Virus record (IMG/VR): IMGVR_UViG_3300044712_001255
Location: 62,001 to 126,000 of that record
Reading direction: 5' to 3' (one strand)
DNA length: 64,000 bases
In this document: positions 1 through 11,400 of the stretch, piece after piece
Layout of the letters: every line of letters begins with the position of its first letter
Position numbering within the stretch: position 1 is the first letter of the stretch
Position numbers and translations under genes: made by a program
The notes under the pieces: model-generated
Database searches by the model: none
What the model was told of the DNA's origin: nothing
What the model saw: only the letters and a program-made list of their open reading frames with translations

Positions 1-645
1 ACGTTAGGATCGAGCACTAACAGAGCTGTCATCGCGTTTTTTTGTCTTCACGGTGCAACATCATACACAATAACGCAAGCAAAATACAATAATGTCAATA
101 TGGTGTTAGCTGGTTCAGGAATTTGTCCTGCTCTTTACAGCCGAGCAATTGCTATTTACGCGTACTATTTGCTTGAGGCAAATTTACCGGCGGCAGGCAC
201 ATATACATGCACATTTCAGTCAAGTGCGGGATATGCTGGTGGTCTCTTGGTACTTGATTTGGCCGGCGTCGTTCAATCAGCCCCTAGCTACACAGCAACA
301 GGAAATAGTAGAAATCCTGATTTGACTGGCGCATACAATTATACGATAAATGCAGCAGCATCAACTACGTTGATTCTTGATGCAACATCAACTGAGATTA
401 ACAACACAAATACGCCCGATGCAGGACAAACAGACGTATTTGGTACCGTCAATGAAACTGGTAGCACATATTGTTGGGGGTCACGAAAGTTCGCCTCAGG
501 TGCTGGATCTCAAACAATGGGATGGACTCCTGGTGGTCAATATTCTCACTACGAACAATTGTTACTTGCAATAGACGCATATGCTACGCCAGCACCCCCA
601 GGAAACCCTGCGCTTGATAATGCTTGTTTCATGAGTGGCTTTTGA
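1..645 (+). CDS. 5'-truncated hypothetical protein, probably virion structural or tail accessory
   Basis: Frame 1 is open from base 1 (TLGSSTNRAV...) through the listed 100..645 ORF, so the gene starts before the window. Ala/Gly/Thr-rich, beta-like sequence; lies in the structural module. Confidence 0.6.
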   Translation, partial: TLGSSTNRAVIAFFCLHGATSYTITQAKYNNVNMVLAGSGICPALYSRAIAIYAYYLLEANLPAAGTYTCTFQSSAGYAGGLLVLDLAGVVQSAPSYTATGNSRNPDLTGAYNYTINAAASTTLILDATSTEINNTNTPDAGQTDVFGTVNETGSTYCWGSRKFASGAGSQTMGWTPGGQYSHYEQLLLAIDAYATPAPPGNPALDNACFMSGF

Positions 646-671
646 TGTAGTATACTTGCCTACATATCGTT

Positions 672-1121
672 ATGACGATTCAACAACTTCGTAACTGTAA
701 TATGGGTCGTCGGTTAGCGAATGCAACCGGGTCGAATGGTGTTGGGTACACGTTGATCAATTACGATGGAAGCACATATCAACCACGTACTGTATCGGGC
801 GTATACCAACTCGCTATTGATAGTGGAATTTATTCAGCATACATCACTTTTCCTGATCAATGGCGAGGTCAGATTTTGTGGGATACGGGGACGTTTTTTT
901 CTGGATCTGTTCCATATTTTGCGACAGAACAATACAACTACGAAGAAAATAACCCACGAGTCGATAGCATCTACAATATCGAATATGGTCGCTGGCGAAT
1001 TGTTGCAAATCAGATGATTTTTTATAAAGATGATAACGTCACAGAAGTTGCACGCTTTAACTTGTTTGATGAGAACGGTGCGCCGACGATGGACGCTGTG
1101 TTCGAGCGTCAGAAAGCTTGA
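672..1121 (+). CDS. Hypothetical protein, likely virion structural
   Basis: 149-aa ORF packed tightly between neighbours; no recognised motif. Confidence 0.65.
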   Translation: MTIQQLRNCNMGRRLANATGSNGVGYTLINYDGSTYQPRTVSGVYQLAIDSGIYSAYITFPDQWRGQILWDTGTFFSGSVPYFATEQYNYEENNPRVDSIYNIEYGRWRIVANQMIFYKDDNVTEVARFNLFDENGAPTMDAVFERQKA

Positions 1122-1124
1122 TGT

Positions 1125-1472
1125 GTGGGTATTGTTAATAAAATCATCACTAGAGGATTTGGATTTGCTCGTGATGGCATAGGAAATCGAGCGGGTCCTG
1201 TCACTCGTGGGTATGGCGGCAAGTTCATTGAACAAATAGTTGAACTTGTTCGTCACCGAGTTTTAGGCGGAAAAGCAAAGCGTCGCTATGAAGACATTGA
1301 TGAAATTATCGTGCATGCAAAACTGATTGACGTGAATGACGCTCCACCATCGCATAAAATTGAGGGATGGGTGCGAGTCAAGGTGTCAGGTGAGTACGTT
1401 CGATCGTTGGTGAAGTTGGTGACTAGCAGAGTAAAATCGTACCTAGTTAAGGCAACTCGCATCAAGCGATAG
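1125..1472 (+). CDS. Hypothetical protein (basic, ITRGFG/VTRGYG repeats)
   Basis: GTG start 3 nt after the upstream TGA; 115 aa. Confidence 0.6.
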   Translation: MGIVNKIITRGFGFARDGIGNRAGPVTRGYGGKFIEQIVELVRHRVLGGKAKRRYEDIDEIIVHAKLIDVNDAPPSHKIEGWVRVKVSGEYVRSLVKLVTSRVKSYLVKATRIKR

Positions 1473-1495
1473 GAACGACATAGTTATTGGGAGCT

Positions 1496-2113
1496 ATGCA
1501 ACCACTTAAAGAATCAATAGATCTTGATGTCGATAGCGTCAATGAGTTACTGTTCAAGGTTCAGGTTGAAGGAACTGATGTCGCGCCTGCTCGCGTAAGG
1601 TTGGCAGTTGAAGGCGATGATGTGTCATATATGTTCAAAGGACATAGCACAGAACAACCAGGAATAGTGCAATTTGACATTCCAAACATGGCAGGTCGTT
1701 TGAAGGAGGGGCTTTATTCGTCTAGGGTTGAAGTATTCATCGACAATCGATACTTTGCGCCAGTTGAATTTGACATAAACTTCAAGCAACCTCTTAAGGT
1801 ATCCGCAGAAAGCATAGTCGTCAATCGACCGCGAAAACAGGATGTATCGGTAAAGGTTACGCCTGTCATTATCGAACAGCCTGTTCAACAACGACCACAA
1901 GTTACCAGACATGTTGGCCCACAACCCGTCAAAATCGAAGAAGATACGCCAGTCAAACCACGCGTAAGCCAACAACAAAGAACTCCAGTAGTTGAAACAA
2001 AGGCTAGCGAGACAAAACCTGGGTCGTTGGCAGCACGTAAGAAAACGTCAGTGAATGATGATCTACGTGGCGTAATTGAAGGAATCACGCGCAAAACCCT
2101 TAGGGACAAGTAA
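1496..2113 (+). CDS. Hypothetical protein, likely virion-associated
   Basis: ATG at 1496 preceded by GGGAG and the TAGTTA motif; stop overlaps the next start (TAATG). Confidence 0.65.
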   Translation: MQPLKESIDLDVDSVNELLFKVQVEGTDVAPARVRLAVEGDDVSYMFKGHSTEQPGIVQFDIPNMAGRLKEGLYSSRVEVFIDNRYFAPVEFDINFKQPLKVSAESIVVNRPRKQDVSVKVTPVIIEQPVQQRPQVTRHVGPQPVKIEEDTPVKPRVSQQQRTPVVETKASETKPGSLAARKKTSVNDDLRGVIEGITRKTLRDK

Positions 2114-3318
2114 TGGCATCTTCTACGAGATTTGTTGATGTCATTCGGCCAACGCCGTTTGGATATTTTGACGGTGACACGGAATTTCAAACCGCTGCTG
2201 ATGGTATGGTAGTGTTTGTGAAGCGTCGTCTTGGCGACGACGTGTTATCAGTTGAACTTACAAATCGACAGATTTGGGCAAACTTGGAAGAGGCTACGTT
2301 AGAATATGCTCGCTTAATTCAGCAGCTTAAAATTCGTTCAGAGCTTGCGCAGGTTCTGGGACAACCGACGGGTTCTAACAACAGTTATACCAACAAGTAC
2401 CCCCAGCAAACGCTAGAGTACCTGATGCGTATGGCTGACCCGTATGCCACAGCGGCAGGTTCTGGCGGAAGTTACAACTCAGCGTTGGGATACATAACAC
2501 TCACAACGGGTAAACAAGATTATGACATCTATTCTGAATTGATGTCAACGGAACAGCCAAGCTCTGCGTTATTTGATACGCTGCCGTCTGGTTCACGTGG
2601 CAAGATGCGTATTGGTGAAGTATTTCACTTTGAACCCACCGCCGCGCAACAAACATTGTTGAATGCAAGCAATATCACAAACTTTCTTGCAACTAATTTC
2701 AACTATGAATCATACGTAAACAGCACCGTATTTTACGTACTACCAGTGTTTGAAGACGTTCTTCGTAGAGGAATGCTTGAAGAGGCGTTTCGAGTACGTA
2801 GGTCGCATTACAGCTGGAGCATCAACGGAACAAAACTTCGTATATTTCCGATTCCAACGACGTACATGAATCTTGGTAAGCTGTACATCAAGGTGATGCC
2901 AAGATTGAACCCATTGCAACCGTCGTTTGACCCGAATGATCCGTATGGTGGTGATTCATCAATTACTGGCGTTTCTGGTCCAAGCAATATGCCTCTTACG
3001 GTGATTCCATACAATTCAATCACTGAACCAGGTCGTCAATGGATTCGACAATACGCGCTTGCGTTGAGCATGGAACAACTTGGCTACATTCGTAGTAAGA
3101 TTGATACGATTCCAATTCCAAATGCTGACCTTAAGTTGAATGGCGAATCGCTTGTAACTAATGGTCGCGATGATAAGGAAAAGCTTCAAGAGCAGATGAA
3201 GGAATTCCTTGAAAATCTGACACAAGAAAAGTTGGCAGAGCAACAGGCGAACATAGCTGAACAAATCAACAAACAATTGAAGTTCGTTCCGATGCCAAAG
3301 GCCATCACCATCAGATAA
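2113..3318 (+). CDS. Neck / head-tail connector protein (T4 gp13-like)
   Basis: 401 aa; LGxxVLxVELT N-terminus and WIRQYALALxxEQLGYIRSK / LNGESL C-terminus typical of myovirus neck proteins; upstream of the sheath. Confidence 0.65.
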   Translation: MASSTRFVDVIRPTPFGYFDGDTEFQTAADGMVVFVKRRLGDDVLSVELTNRQIWANLEEATLEYARLIQQLKIRSELAQVLGQPTGSNNSYTNKYPQQTLEYLMRMADPYATAAGSGGSYNSALGYITLTTGKQDYDIYSELMSTEQPSSALFDTLPSGSRGKMRIGEVFHFEPTAAQQTLLNASNITNFLATNFNYESYVNSTVFYVLPVFEDVLRRGMLEEAFRVRRSHYSWSINGTKLRIFPIPTTYMNLGKLYIKVMPRLNPLQPSFDPNDPYGGDSSITGVSGPSNMPLTVIPYNSITEPGRQWIRQYALALSMEQLGYIRSKIDTIPIPNADLKLNGESLVTNGRDDKEKLQEQMKEFLENLTQEKLAEQQANIAEQINKQLKFVPMPKAITIR

Positions 3319-3338
3319 CGTCCTAGTTATCGTGTAGG

Positions 3339-4007
3339 ATGGCACGTCTTTTTCTTACTCAGCGAGAACTTGATTTCATTTCTGACATCACGAAAGAAGT
3401 GATCAAGGATGTCGTGGGCCAGACAATCAAATACTACCCAGTATCTGAGTTGAAGACAACTGCACACCCAGTGTATGATGAAGCTCTTCGCAAGATATAC
3501 GATAATCCAATCATCATAGAGGCGTTGGTCGACAACGTTGTGCAAACAGCAACTACGATCAACCAATTTGGTATCGATAAGAACTATCGTCTTGAAGTGT
3601 TCATTCATTATCGTGATCTTGTAGAACGTGGTATCAAGCTCAGTGTTGGAGATTATTTCACGTACAGTGATGTTATTTTTGAAGTCACTGAGGTTGTTTC
3701 TATGCGTTCTATTTACGGCATGGTAGAACAACCCGATGGTATGAAGATCGTTGGTATGCCTGCTCGTGATGGCGCGATTGATATCGCAATCAAGGGCCCG
3801 ACTGACATGTCTCTGGCAGAGCCAGATGCAGTACAACGAGTATTCGAACAACAACGAGGATTTGAATCAAATTCTCAAGGACCAACAGCTGATCACCGCG
3901 CGTTAGTAGACAAGGGTGTTTTGGACGCGCCTCTCACTGGACCAAAACAGGTCACCCCCGCTGCGGACGACAAGGGCCGCAACGCATTTTATGGCGAGGA
4001 TGATTGA
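3339..4007 (+). CDS. Neck / head completion protein (T4 gp14-like)
   Basis: KEVIKDVVGQ..KYY..HPVYDEA and FGID..LEVFIH..DL..VGDYF pattern; gene order gp13-gp14-gp15-sheath. Confidence 0.6.
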   Translation: MARLFLTQRELDFISDITKEVIKDVVGQTIKYYPVSELKTTAHPVYDEALRKIYDNPIIIEALVDNVVQTATTINQFGIDKNYRLEVFIHYRDLVERGIKLSVGDYFTYSDVIFEVTEVVSMRSIYGMVEQPDGMKIVGMPARDGAIDIAIKGPTDMSLAEPDAVQRVFEQQRGFESNSQGPTADHRALVDKGVLDAPLTGPKQVTPAADDKGRNAFYGEDD

Positions 4008-5293
4008 TGACTACGAGATTTGATGCTCGATCAACCGGGTTGAAGTCTGGTTACGACAGACACGATTATTCTACGGAATTCTCGATTCCATCGTGTGGTA
4101 TTGAGGACGTAGATGTGGCGGTTTTCAACTTGTTTAACAAGGAAATTCCGCTGCAGGTGAACAGCAAAGATGGATTAGAAAAAGTACACGTAATCTTTGC
4201 CGCTGGTGAAAAGTGGGCAGTAATCAAGAAGAAGAAGGAAATTAGAAATCGACAAGGTCGACTGATTCTTCCTCTTATTACCGTTGGCCGCACTGCAATT
4301 TTGCAGGATCCAACGAAAGATATTGCTGGTCGTGGAGTCAACCAACAAACCGGTGAAATTGTCATACAACGTCGTCTTGACTTCACAGATCGCTCACAAC
4401 AAAATCTAACGAATCGCTTGTTCATCCGTAATCAAATGAATGCTGCTGTGACATTACCACATCCTGAACAGTTATCAACGCTCAGGACCATTGGAGGTAT
4501 GTCAAACGATGCAGAGATAAATGCTGGTGCTTTGTTGAAGCCTCCGGATCTTCGAAGCAATATTTGGGAAACCATTATCGTTCCCACACCACAGTTCTTC
4601 TCAGCGAAATATGAAGTGACATTCTGGACGCAATACACGACGCACATGAATCAATTGATGGAAATGATGCTATCTGCGCAGCTGCCACAAGGAAATGCGT
4701 TCAAAATTGCCAACCCAAATAACAATGGGTACTGGTTTATTGCGACGATTGATAATAACGAATACACGCCAGAAAATAACTTTGATGACATGGTTGAAAA
4801 GGATCGCATCATCAAATACAAGTTCAATATGACAGTACCGGGATACGTGTTAGCGTCAGAAGCGCCAGGCGTTCCTGTTCCAATTAGAAAGTACGTTAGC
4901 TCAACTGCAATAGATTTCAAGACAATTGATGTTGATGTGGCGGGCGTGAATGTCTCAGCGGGAACAGAGGGAGTAAAAAATCCCTGGTTAGGCGCAGATG
5001 ATCCTACATTGCCATTTGAACATGATATGAAAGAAACCTTTCGCAGCCCAGATTTGCGTCGTGATGGGTACAGATTGTTAGACAACAGATCGGAGATCAG
5101 CCAGTCAGATCCAGCATTGCAATCATATCGTAGAGGCGTGCAACCAGATCGATATCTTAAAATTCCAGTCAAGGATGCCCTTGGAAATGTGACATATCGA
5201 TACGTGAAAGCAACAACGTACAATTCACGGCAGGGCGAGGCATCATTCAAACCGTCACTTGGCGAGTTATCGATTGTGGTCACCGATGACTGA
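4007..5293 (+). CDS. Tail completion / terminator protein (gp15-like)
   Basis: IEDVDVAVFNLF..VIFAAGEKWA..ILPLITVGR pattern; TGATG coupling to the upstream gene; directly precedes the sheath. Confidence 0.55.
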   Translation: MTTRFDARSTGLKSGYDRHDYSTEFSIPSCGIEDVDVAVFNLFNKEIPLQVNSKDGLEKVHVIFAAGEKWAVIKKKKEIRNRQGRLILPLITVGRTAILQDPTKDIAGRGVNQQTGEIVIQRRLDFTDRSQQNLTNRLFIRNQMNAAVTLPHPEQLSTLRTIGGMSNDAEINAGALLKPPDLRSNIWETIIVPTPQFFSAKYEVTFWTQYTTHMNQLMEMMLSAQLPQGNAFKIANPNNNGYWFIATIDNNEYTPENNFDDMVEKDRIIKYKFNMTVPGYVLASEAPGVPVPIRKYVSSTAIDFKTIDVDVAGVNVSAGTEGVKNPWLGADDPTLPFEHDMKETFRSPDLRRDGYRLLDNRSEISQSDPALQSYRRGVQPDRYLKIPVKDALGNVTYRYVKATTYNSRQGEASFKPSLGELSIVVTDD

Positions 5294-5354
5294 CCCGGAC
5301 TTTTGAACCTGCTACGAATACTTATCGTTTGATTCCACACCGTAGGAGAGCGGA

Positions 5355-8300
5355 ATGCCCGAGCAAACATTTAGGTCCCCAAATTTTTTCGAGCGTGAGA
5401 TTGACCTTTCGGCGCCCGCGGCCACTGGACCAGTCGGTACACCAGCTGCCGTGATCGGCACGTCAAATAAGGGGCCAGCGTTCGTCCCTGTCACTGTAGC
5501 AAACTTTGGTGAATTCATTAACGTTTTTGGTAATCTTGATCCAAAGCAATTCGGTCCGTACGCGGCGAATGAATTCTTGAAGCATAGGTCTGCATTGACG
5601 TATCTTCGAATTCTTGGTGCTGGTACCAATTCATCTTTGACGGATATCACATCGTATCAAACATCTGGTCGTGTGAAGAACGCTGGATTCAAGATGGAAG
5701 GTGTCGCAGCGGTTGATGATGCACAGGGACGTCACACAGGAGTTGTCCAATTCCTATGTGCTCGTCACCAACTTCAGAACAATGAGATGTGGGGATCTCC
5801 TGATTTCACGGATAACTCAAGTTTCAACGGAAGCGTTGCAAGCCTTGTTCGCGGCGTGATAATGACACCAGCTGGCGCAAGAGTGATGATTCTCGATGGT
5901 GACCAGAGTGCAGTTGGTGCGTTCAGCACGACGGGTCCTGATGATTACGGTTCTATCGTAGGCAACAAGTTCAAGCTGGTAATCAGTTCTACGCTTGGTA
6001 ATTCGTTCTACAATACAGACGGTAACAAGGGCATCAGAATCTTCACCGCGTCTTTAGATCCAAGCTCAGATGACTACTTTGCAAAGATCCTAAATAAGGA
6101 CCCTGACAAATTCATTGCTGAACAGCACCTGTTGTACGCGGATCTTCCCGTCGATGCAGAACTCGCCGCAGCGAGCGAGGTTGGTATCCTTTCTGGAACG
6201 ATCAATACATCAACGACTTCAGGCGAAGCGGCGACAACATTTAGAGCAGCGTACGGTGCGTTCAATACACGATACACTACACCAAAGACGACGTGGTTCA
6301 TATCGCAGCCTTACGGCACGAACGAGTATGACTTGTTCCACTTTGAAACGCTCGATGATGGTGAGTATGCCAACAGTCTTTACAAGGTGTCGATCTCTAA
6401 CCTACAACGTTCTTCTGATGATGCAAATCCATGGGGTACATTTACAGTTGAGATTCGTGACTGGAACGACACTGACTCAAATCCGAACGTAATCGAACGT
6501 TTCCCGAACTGTACACTCGACCCACAGTCATCGAATTACGTTGCAAGATTGATTGGAGATCGCAAGGTTTTCTACAACTTTGATGCAACAACTGAGGGCG
6601 ATCGCAAGGTCATTACGTCAGGGAAGTATCCGAACGTTTCTGCATACGTTCGTGTGAAGATGTCAGACGCGGTTGAAAATAGCCTCATTCCAACCGATGC
6701 GCTTCCATTTGGATTCCGCGGTGCACAGGCAATCAAGACAACTGACTCTTTGAAGTCATACGGAACGTCTGCTGATGCACACACTCGTATCAACGGATTG
6801 TTGGGCGCGGCAACTACCACAGCGCAGCAACTGACAGGATCGATTGTTCCTCCTCTACCGATGCAGTTCAAGGTCACTCGTGGCGAACGCCTTGTAGGTG
6901 GAACATATACAGGTGAACCGGGTATTTCTGAGCTTGCAACTCCTTTGTATTACTGGGGCGTTCGTTTCGAGCGTGCAAATACGCCACTCGATCCTAACAC
7001 TGTTGGTGAGAAGAATGCGTTGCTTGAGAGCTACACGAAGTTCATGGGTATCCAAAAGCTGGACACTCTTGCAACAGGCTCTGGTGCTGACGCCTTGAAC
7101 GATAACAAGTTCACGTTGGCAAAGGTAGCGCTTGGTACAACCGACATTGCGTACCTCACGGCGTCGATCAACGATCACATGAAGACAGCAGCGTACATCA
7201 GAAATGGTAAGTTGGATCCAACTACTTACACCATCTATGACGCGGGTCTAGGTAATCGTATCACGTTTGGTACGCTGCTCAGCAAAGCAACGCCAGCGCA
7301 GTTCAACAGATTCGCTCCTTATTTGAAGTTCACTAGCTTCTTCCAAGGCGGATTCAATGGTGTGAACTTCCTTGATCGCGATGCTCGTCGTATGAACGAC
7401 AAGGCGTCTTCTTTCGAGGCAGGTGGTGGTGCAAACGCGACTTACGTAAGCCCAGGCTTTAGCACCAACCAGGCTGGTGCCGGTCAAGACAACAACACTG
7501 TTTCTTCTTACAAGACGGCAGTGAAGATCATGACAAACCCGATGGCTGTCACTCACAACGTGGTGACGCTGCCAGGCATCAGAGAACCGTTCATCACTGA
7601 CCTGACGTTGAACGCGGTGAAATCATACGGATTGGCGTACTATATCCTTGATATTCCTGCGTATGATGACAACCTTGTTCGTCTGTATGACGATTCTGCC
7701 GCAAGGCCGTCTGTCGGTCGTACGATCAGCCAGTTCACTGGCCGTGTAATCGACAACAACTTTGGTGGAACATATTGGCCAGATGTTGATATCGATGATA
7801 ACACAAATGCTCGTAGAGTGGCAGTACCGGCGTCGATCGCAGCACTTGGTGCATTGGCATTCAACGATAAGGTTGGGTATCCTTGGTTTGCGCCAGCAGG
7901 ATTCAACAGAGCATCTCTTGACTTTGTGAAGAACGTAAAGGTTCGACTCAATGTGACAGATCGTGATGCGTTGTATGATGCACGCATCAACCCAATAGCA
8001 GCGTTCCCACGTCTTGGATACACAATCTGGGGTCAAAAGACCCTGCAGCTCAATAAGTCAGCGTTGGATCGTGTGAACGTTCGCCGTATGCTTCTTGAGG
8101 TAAAGCGAATCGTCATCAACATCGCTCGTAGAGTGCCTTTCGAGCAGAATACACCGACGGTGCGAAACAATTTCGTTGCCTTGACAACGGTACAGTTGGC
8201 AATGATTCAGGCGCAGGCAGGTATTGAGCAGTTCAAGGTCATCATGAATGAGACTAACAATACTCAACAGGACATTGATCTAAATCGTGTGAACGGAAAG

Positions 8301-8381
8301 ATCATTGTGGTACCGACTCGTACGATTGAATTCATCGCAATTGATTTCATCGTGACAAACAGCGGAGTAGCCTTCGTCTAG
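5355..8381 (+). CDS. Contractile tail sheath protein, copy 1
   Basis: N-terminal REIDLS..GPAFVP; C-terminal WFAPAGFNR, INPIAAFP, WGQKTLQ..SALDRVNVRR, PTRTIEFI; AGGAG RBS. Confidence 0.93.
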   Translation: MPEQTFRSPNFFEREIDLSAPAATGPVGTPAAVIGTSNKGPAFVPVTVANFGEFINVFGNLDPKQFGPYAANEFLKHRSALTYLRILGAGTNSSLTDITSYQTSGRVKNAGFKMEGVAAVDDAQGRHTGVVQFLCARHQLQNNEMWGSPDFTDNSSFNGSVASLVRGVIMTPAGARVMILDGDQSAVGAFSTTGPDDYGSIVGNKFKLVISSTLGNSFYNTDGNKGIRIFTASLDPSSDDYFAKILNKDPDKFIAEQHLLYADLPVDAELAAASEVGILSGTINTSTTSGEAATTFRAAYGAFNTRYTTPKTTWFISQPYGTNEYDLFHFETLDDGEYANSLYKVSISNLQRSSDDANPWGTFTVEIRDWNDTDSNPNVIERFPNCTLDPQSSNYVARLIGDRKVFYNFDATTEGDRKVITSGKYPNVSAYVRVKMSDAVENSLIPTDALPFGFRGAQAIKTTDSLKSYGTSADAHTRINGLLGAATTTAQQLTGSIVPPLPMQFKVTRGERLVGGTYTGEPGISELATPLYYWGVRFERANTPLDPNTVGEKNALLESYTKFMGIQKLDTLATGSGADALNDNKFTLAKVALGTTDIAYLTASINDHMKTAAYIRNGKLDPTTYTIYDAGLGNRITFGTLLSKATPAQFNRFAPYLKFTSFFQGGFNGVNFLDRDARRMNDKASSFEAGGGANATYVSPGFSTNQAGAGQDNNTVSSYKTAVKIMTNPMAVTHNVVTLPGIREPFITDLTLNAVKSYGLAYYILDIPAYDDNLVRLYDDSAARPSVGRTISQFTGRVIDNNFGGTYWPDVDIDDNTNARRVAVPASIAALGALAFNDKVGYPWFAPAGFNRASLDFVKNVKVRLNVTDRDALYDARINPIAAFPRLGYTIWGQKTLQLNKSALDRVNVRRMLLEVKRIVINIARRVPFEQNTPTVRNNFVALTTVQLAMIQAQAGIEQFKVIMNETNNTQQDIDLNRVNGKIIVVPTRTIEFIAIDFIVTNSGVAFV

Positions 8382-8395
8382 TTTGCAAAGGCGTA

Positions 8396-8402
8396 TAGTT
8401 AA
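8396..8402 (+). promoter_or_regulatory. Putative late-promoter motif TAGTTA (representative copy, before sheath 2)
   Basis: The TA[GCTA]TTA motif recurs in short intergenic gaps at 1481, 3324, 5319, 8396, 14401, 17550, 20164, 21432, 35712, 42186, 46442 and 49261. Confidence 0.55.
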
Positions 8403-8429
8403 ACATCAAGGCACCAAGGAGTTTATAGA

Positions 8430-11400
8430 ATGGGACAGCTGAGATTTGGCAGCGCAGGCGTTACGGCACGAGAGATTGACCTTTCAACACCAACAACCGC
8501 AGCACCCACGGGAGTTCCCGCGGGTATCATCGGTACGGCCAACAGAGGTCCAGCATTCGTGCCGATCACTGTTGGTACTGTCGATAACTTCTATCTTGAG
8601 TTTGGAAAGACTGATGGTAAGAAGTTCGGACCGTTAGCAGTCACCGAGTGGCTGCGAAATGCCGGTGCCGTGACCTACATGAGAGTGATGGGTGTTGGTG
8701 ATGGAAATATGCGTGTTGCCGACGGCACATACGCTGGTTCTGTCAACAAGGCGGGTTTCGTTGTTGGTGAAGATCTACCGAATAGCACGAGCGGATTCTT
8801 GAGCAGAAATCCATACGCAAACTATGGTGGTCCTTCTGGCCGAACGTTCTTCCTTGGATGCCTCATGTCTGAGTCTGCTGGATCTACTGTGTTCAGTTCA
8901 GCCGGACTACAGCAGAATGGCGTGGCTGCTCCCATCATCCGTGGCGTCATCATGGCGGCTTCTGGCGTTATCTTGCGTCTATCGTCTTCAACGGCGGCGT
9001 CTTCGAATGCCCCCGCTGCGACGCTGGTTGCATCTGACGCAAATGCGCAAGGCTCATTGACGGGTTCAGTTTCACTGTTCGCCGGAGCGACTGCGAAGCA
9101 AGAATTTGTTCTGTTACTGAATGGTCACGTCGGAAACGATTCGTTGTATCCTAATGTCATCTCTGCATCGTTCGATATGACATCGAACAACTATTTTGCA
9201 AAGATGCTCAACAAGGACCCGCTGAATATCCAAAAAGCAGGTCACTGTTTGTATGCTTACTGGGATGTCTACCCGGCAACGGCAGCTGTCACAGGATCTG
9301 GCGTCATCGCAACTAGTGTTGGCGCGGGAGCGGGGGCAGCGCTTGGTTTCGAGCTCGCAGCATTCATCACAACTGGTTCTGTGGCACGCAATACCGGCAC
9401 TGCGACCGTCCCGAATTTTGAGAACTTCCAGGATAGGTTTTCCTATGCCAAGACTCCCTGGATTATCTCGCAGCGTTTTGGTGGCACGAGATACAACCTC
9501 TTTCGCCTTCATGCCCTTGACGCCGGCGCAGGAGTTTCAAACAGCGTGAAGTTCTCGATTGAGAACATCGCCGTATCAACGGACCCTGCAAACAAGTACG
9601 GTACCTTCGACATAGTCGTAAGGTCTTGGACTGATCGCGATGATTCACCCGTAGTGTTGGAGCGTTGGAGCGCAGTGGATCTCAATCCAAGCTCTGACCG
9701 TTACATTGCTAAGGTGATCGGTGATTCTTATGCGTACTTTGACTTTGATCGTTCAGAGTCTGAGCAGAAACTTGTGGTAGAGGGACAGTACGAAAATGTC
9801 TCGCAGTACATAAGAGTAGAGGTTGATTCCAACGTCGAAAATATGAGCGTAGATCCAGTGGCATTACCAGTTGGTATCCGCGGAACACATCACCTTGTGA
9901 CATCAGGATCGGTGCCTCTTACAGCGCTAGACACTGCAACTTGGATGCACAATGCAGTGACACCACCTGTGCCATTCCGCAATGACATCACTCAAGGGTC
10001 TGGTGCGACCAAGGCAGTACACCCAACGTATTACTGGGGTTACCAATTTGAACATGTAACTTCATTAGCAACAGCAAATGCGTCAGCGTTGGCAAATGAT
10101 TCAATGAAGGCACATGTCAAGTACTTCCCTGATTTCATGACCACCACTGTAAACGTGATCGTAGGTGACAATGAGGGTGATGTTGATACAACTGAACTTG
10201 GCGTCATCGACGCCGACAGATTCAACAACAACATCTTCACTCTTGAGAACTTACAGGTTGTCACAGGTTCAGACGGCCTTGCAGATCAACAGCAGTGGGT
10301 GAACGCAACGTACGTCAGAAATGGCAATATCGTTGCAAACGATGCGAACAAGACTCGTCGACTACAGACAACAGACTTCAATCAAGGCAACAAGGCATAT
10401 CTAAAGTTCAGCTTCTTTATGCAGGGTGGCTTTGATGGAACGAATATGTTTGATGTCGACGAAGCAGCATTGAACAACAATGCTATCGTAGCTGACATTG
10501 CTGACGCAAATCGTGGTCAGGCTCTCGGCCCGAACGTAAGAGCGTATACCAAGGCAATCGATATTATGGGCAACACGGTGTCAACTGACATCCAGTTGCT
10601 TGCAACGCCAGGTATTCGTGTGCCGCTTATCACTGATTACGCTTTGAACGCCACGGCAGAACGCTTCGATGCGATGTATGTCATGGATATCGAAGAGATC
10701 GATGTGATGGGCAACTTGGTGATGTCAGGTACTCAAACTACAAGTGTCCAACTCACTGCTAATAACTTCGCTGCTCGTGGATTGAACAGCAGTTTTGGAG
10801 CTGCATACTTTCCAGACGTGCTGATGACCGATCCAAACACGAAGACAAACCTCTTTGTGCCTCCATCGGTACAGGTGATGGGGGCAATGGCGCTCAATGA
10901 TGCAGTTGGTCACCCATGGTTTGCTCCGGCTGGCTTCACTCGTGGTGCCCTGCCGACAGCCCTTGAGACAAAGATCCCAATGGACCAGAGTAACCTTGAC
11001 GCTCTTTACAACGTGAATATTAACCCACTCACAGCATTCCCGGGTAACGCATCTTCTGGTACGAACCCAACAGGTGGAGTGTTGGTATGGGGACAGCGCA
11101 CAACGTTGCAGACAGCATCTGCTCTTGATAGAGTGAATGTACGTCGTCTGCTGATCGACATTCGTCGTCAGGTGCGTGAGATTGCAAACCTCATTATCTT
11201 TGAGCCCAATCGCGAATCTACGCTTGCCAAGTTCTCTGCCGCTGTGACACCACGTCTCCAGAGAATCCAGGCACTCGCAGGCCTCGAGCGTTTCAGAGTG
11301 ATGATCGATTCTTCTACCACCACTCAAGCAGACGTTGAAAACAACACCATCCGCGGTAAGATCTACATTCAACCAACGCGAACGATCGAATTCGTCTCGC

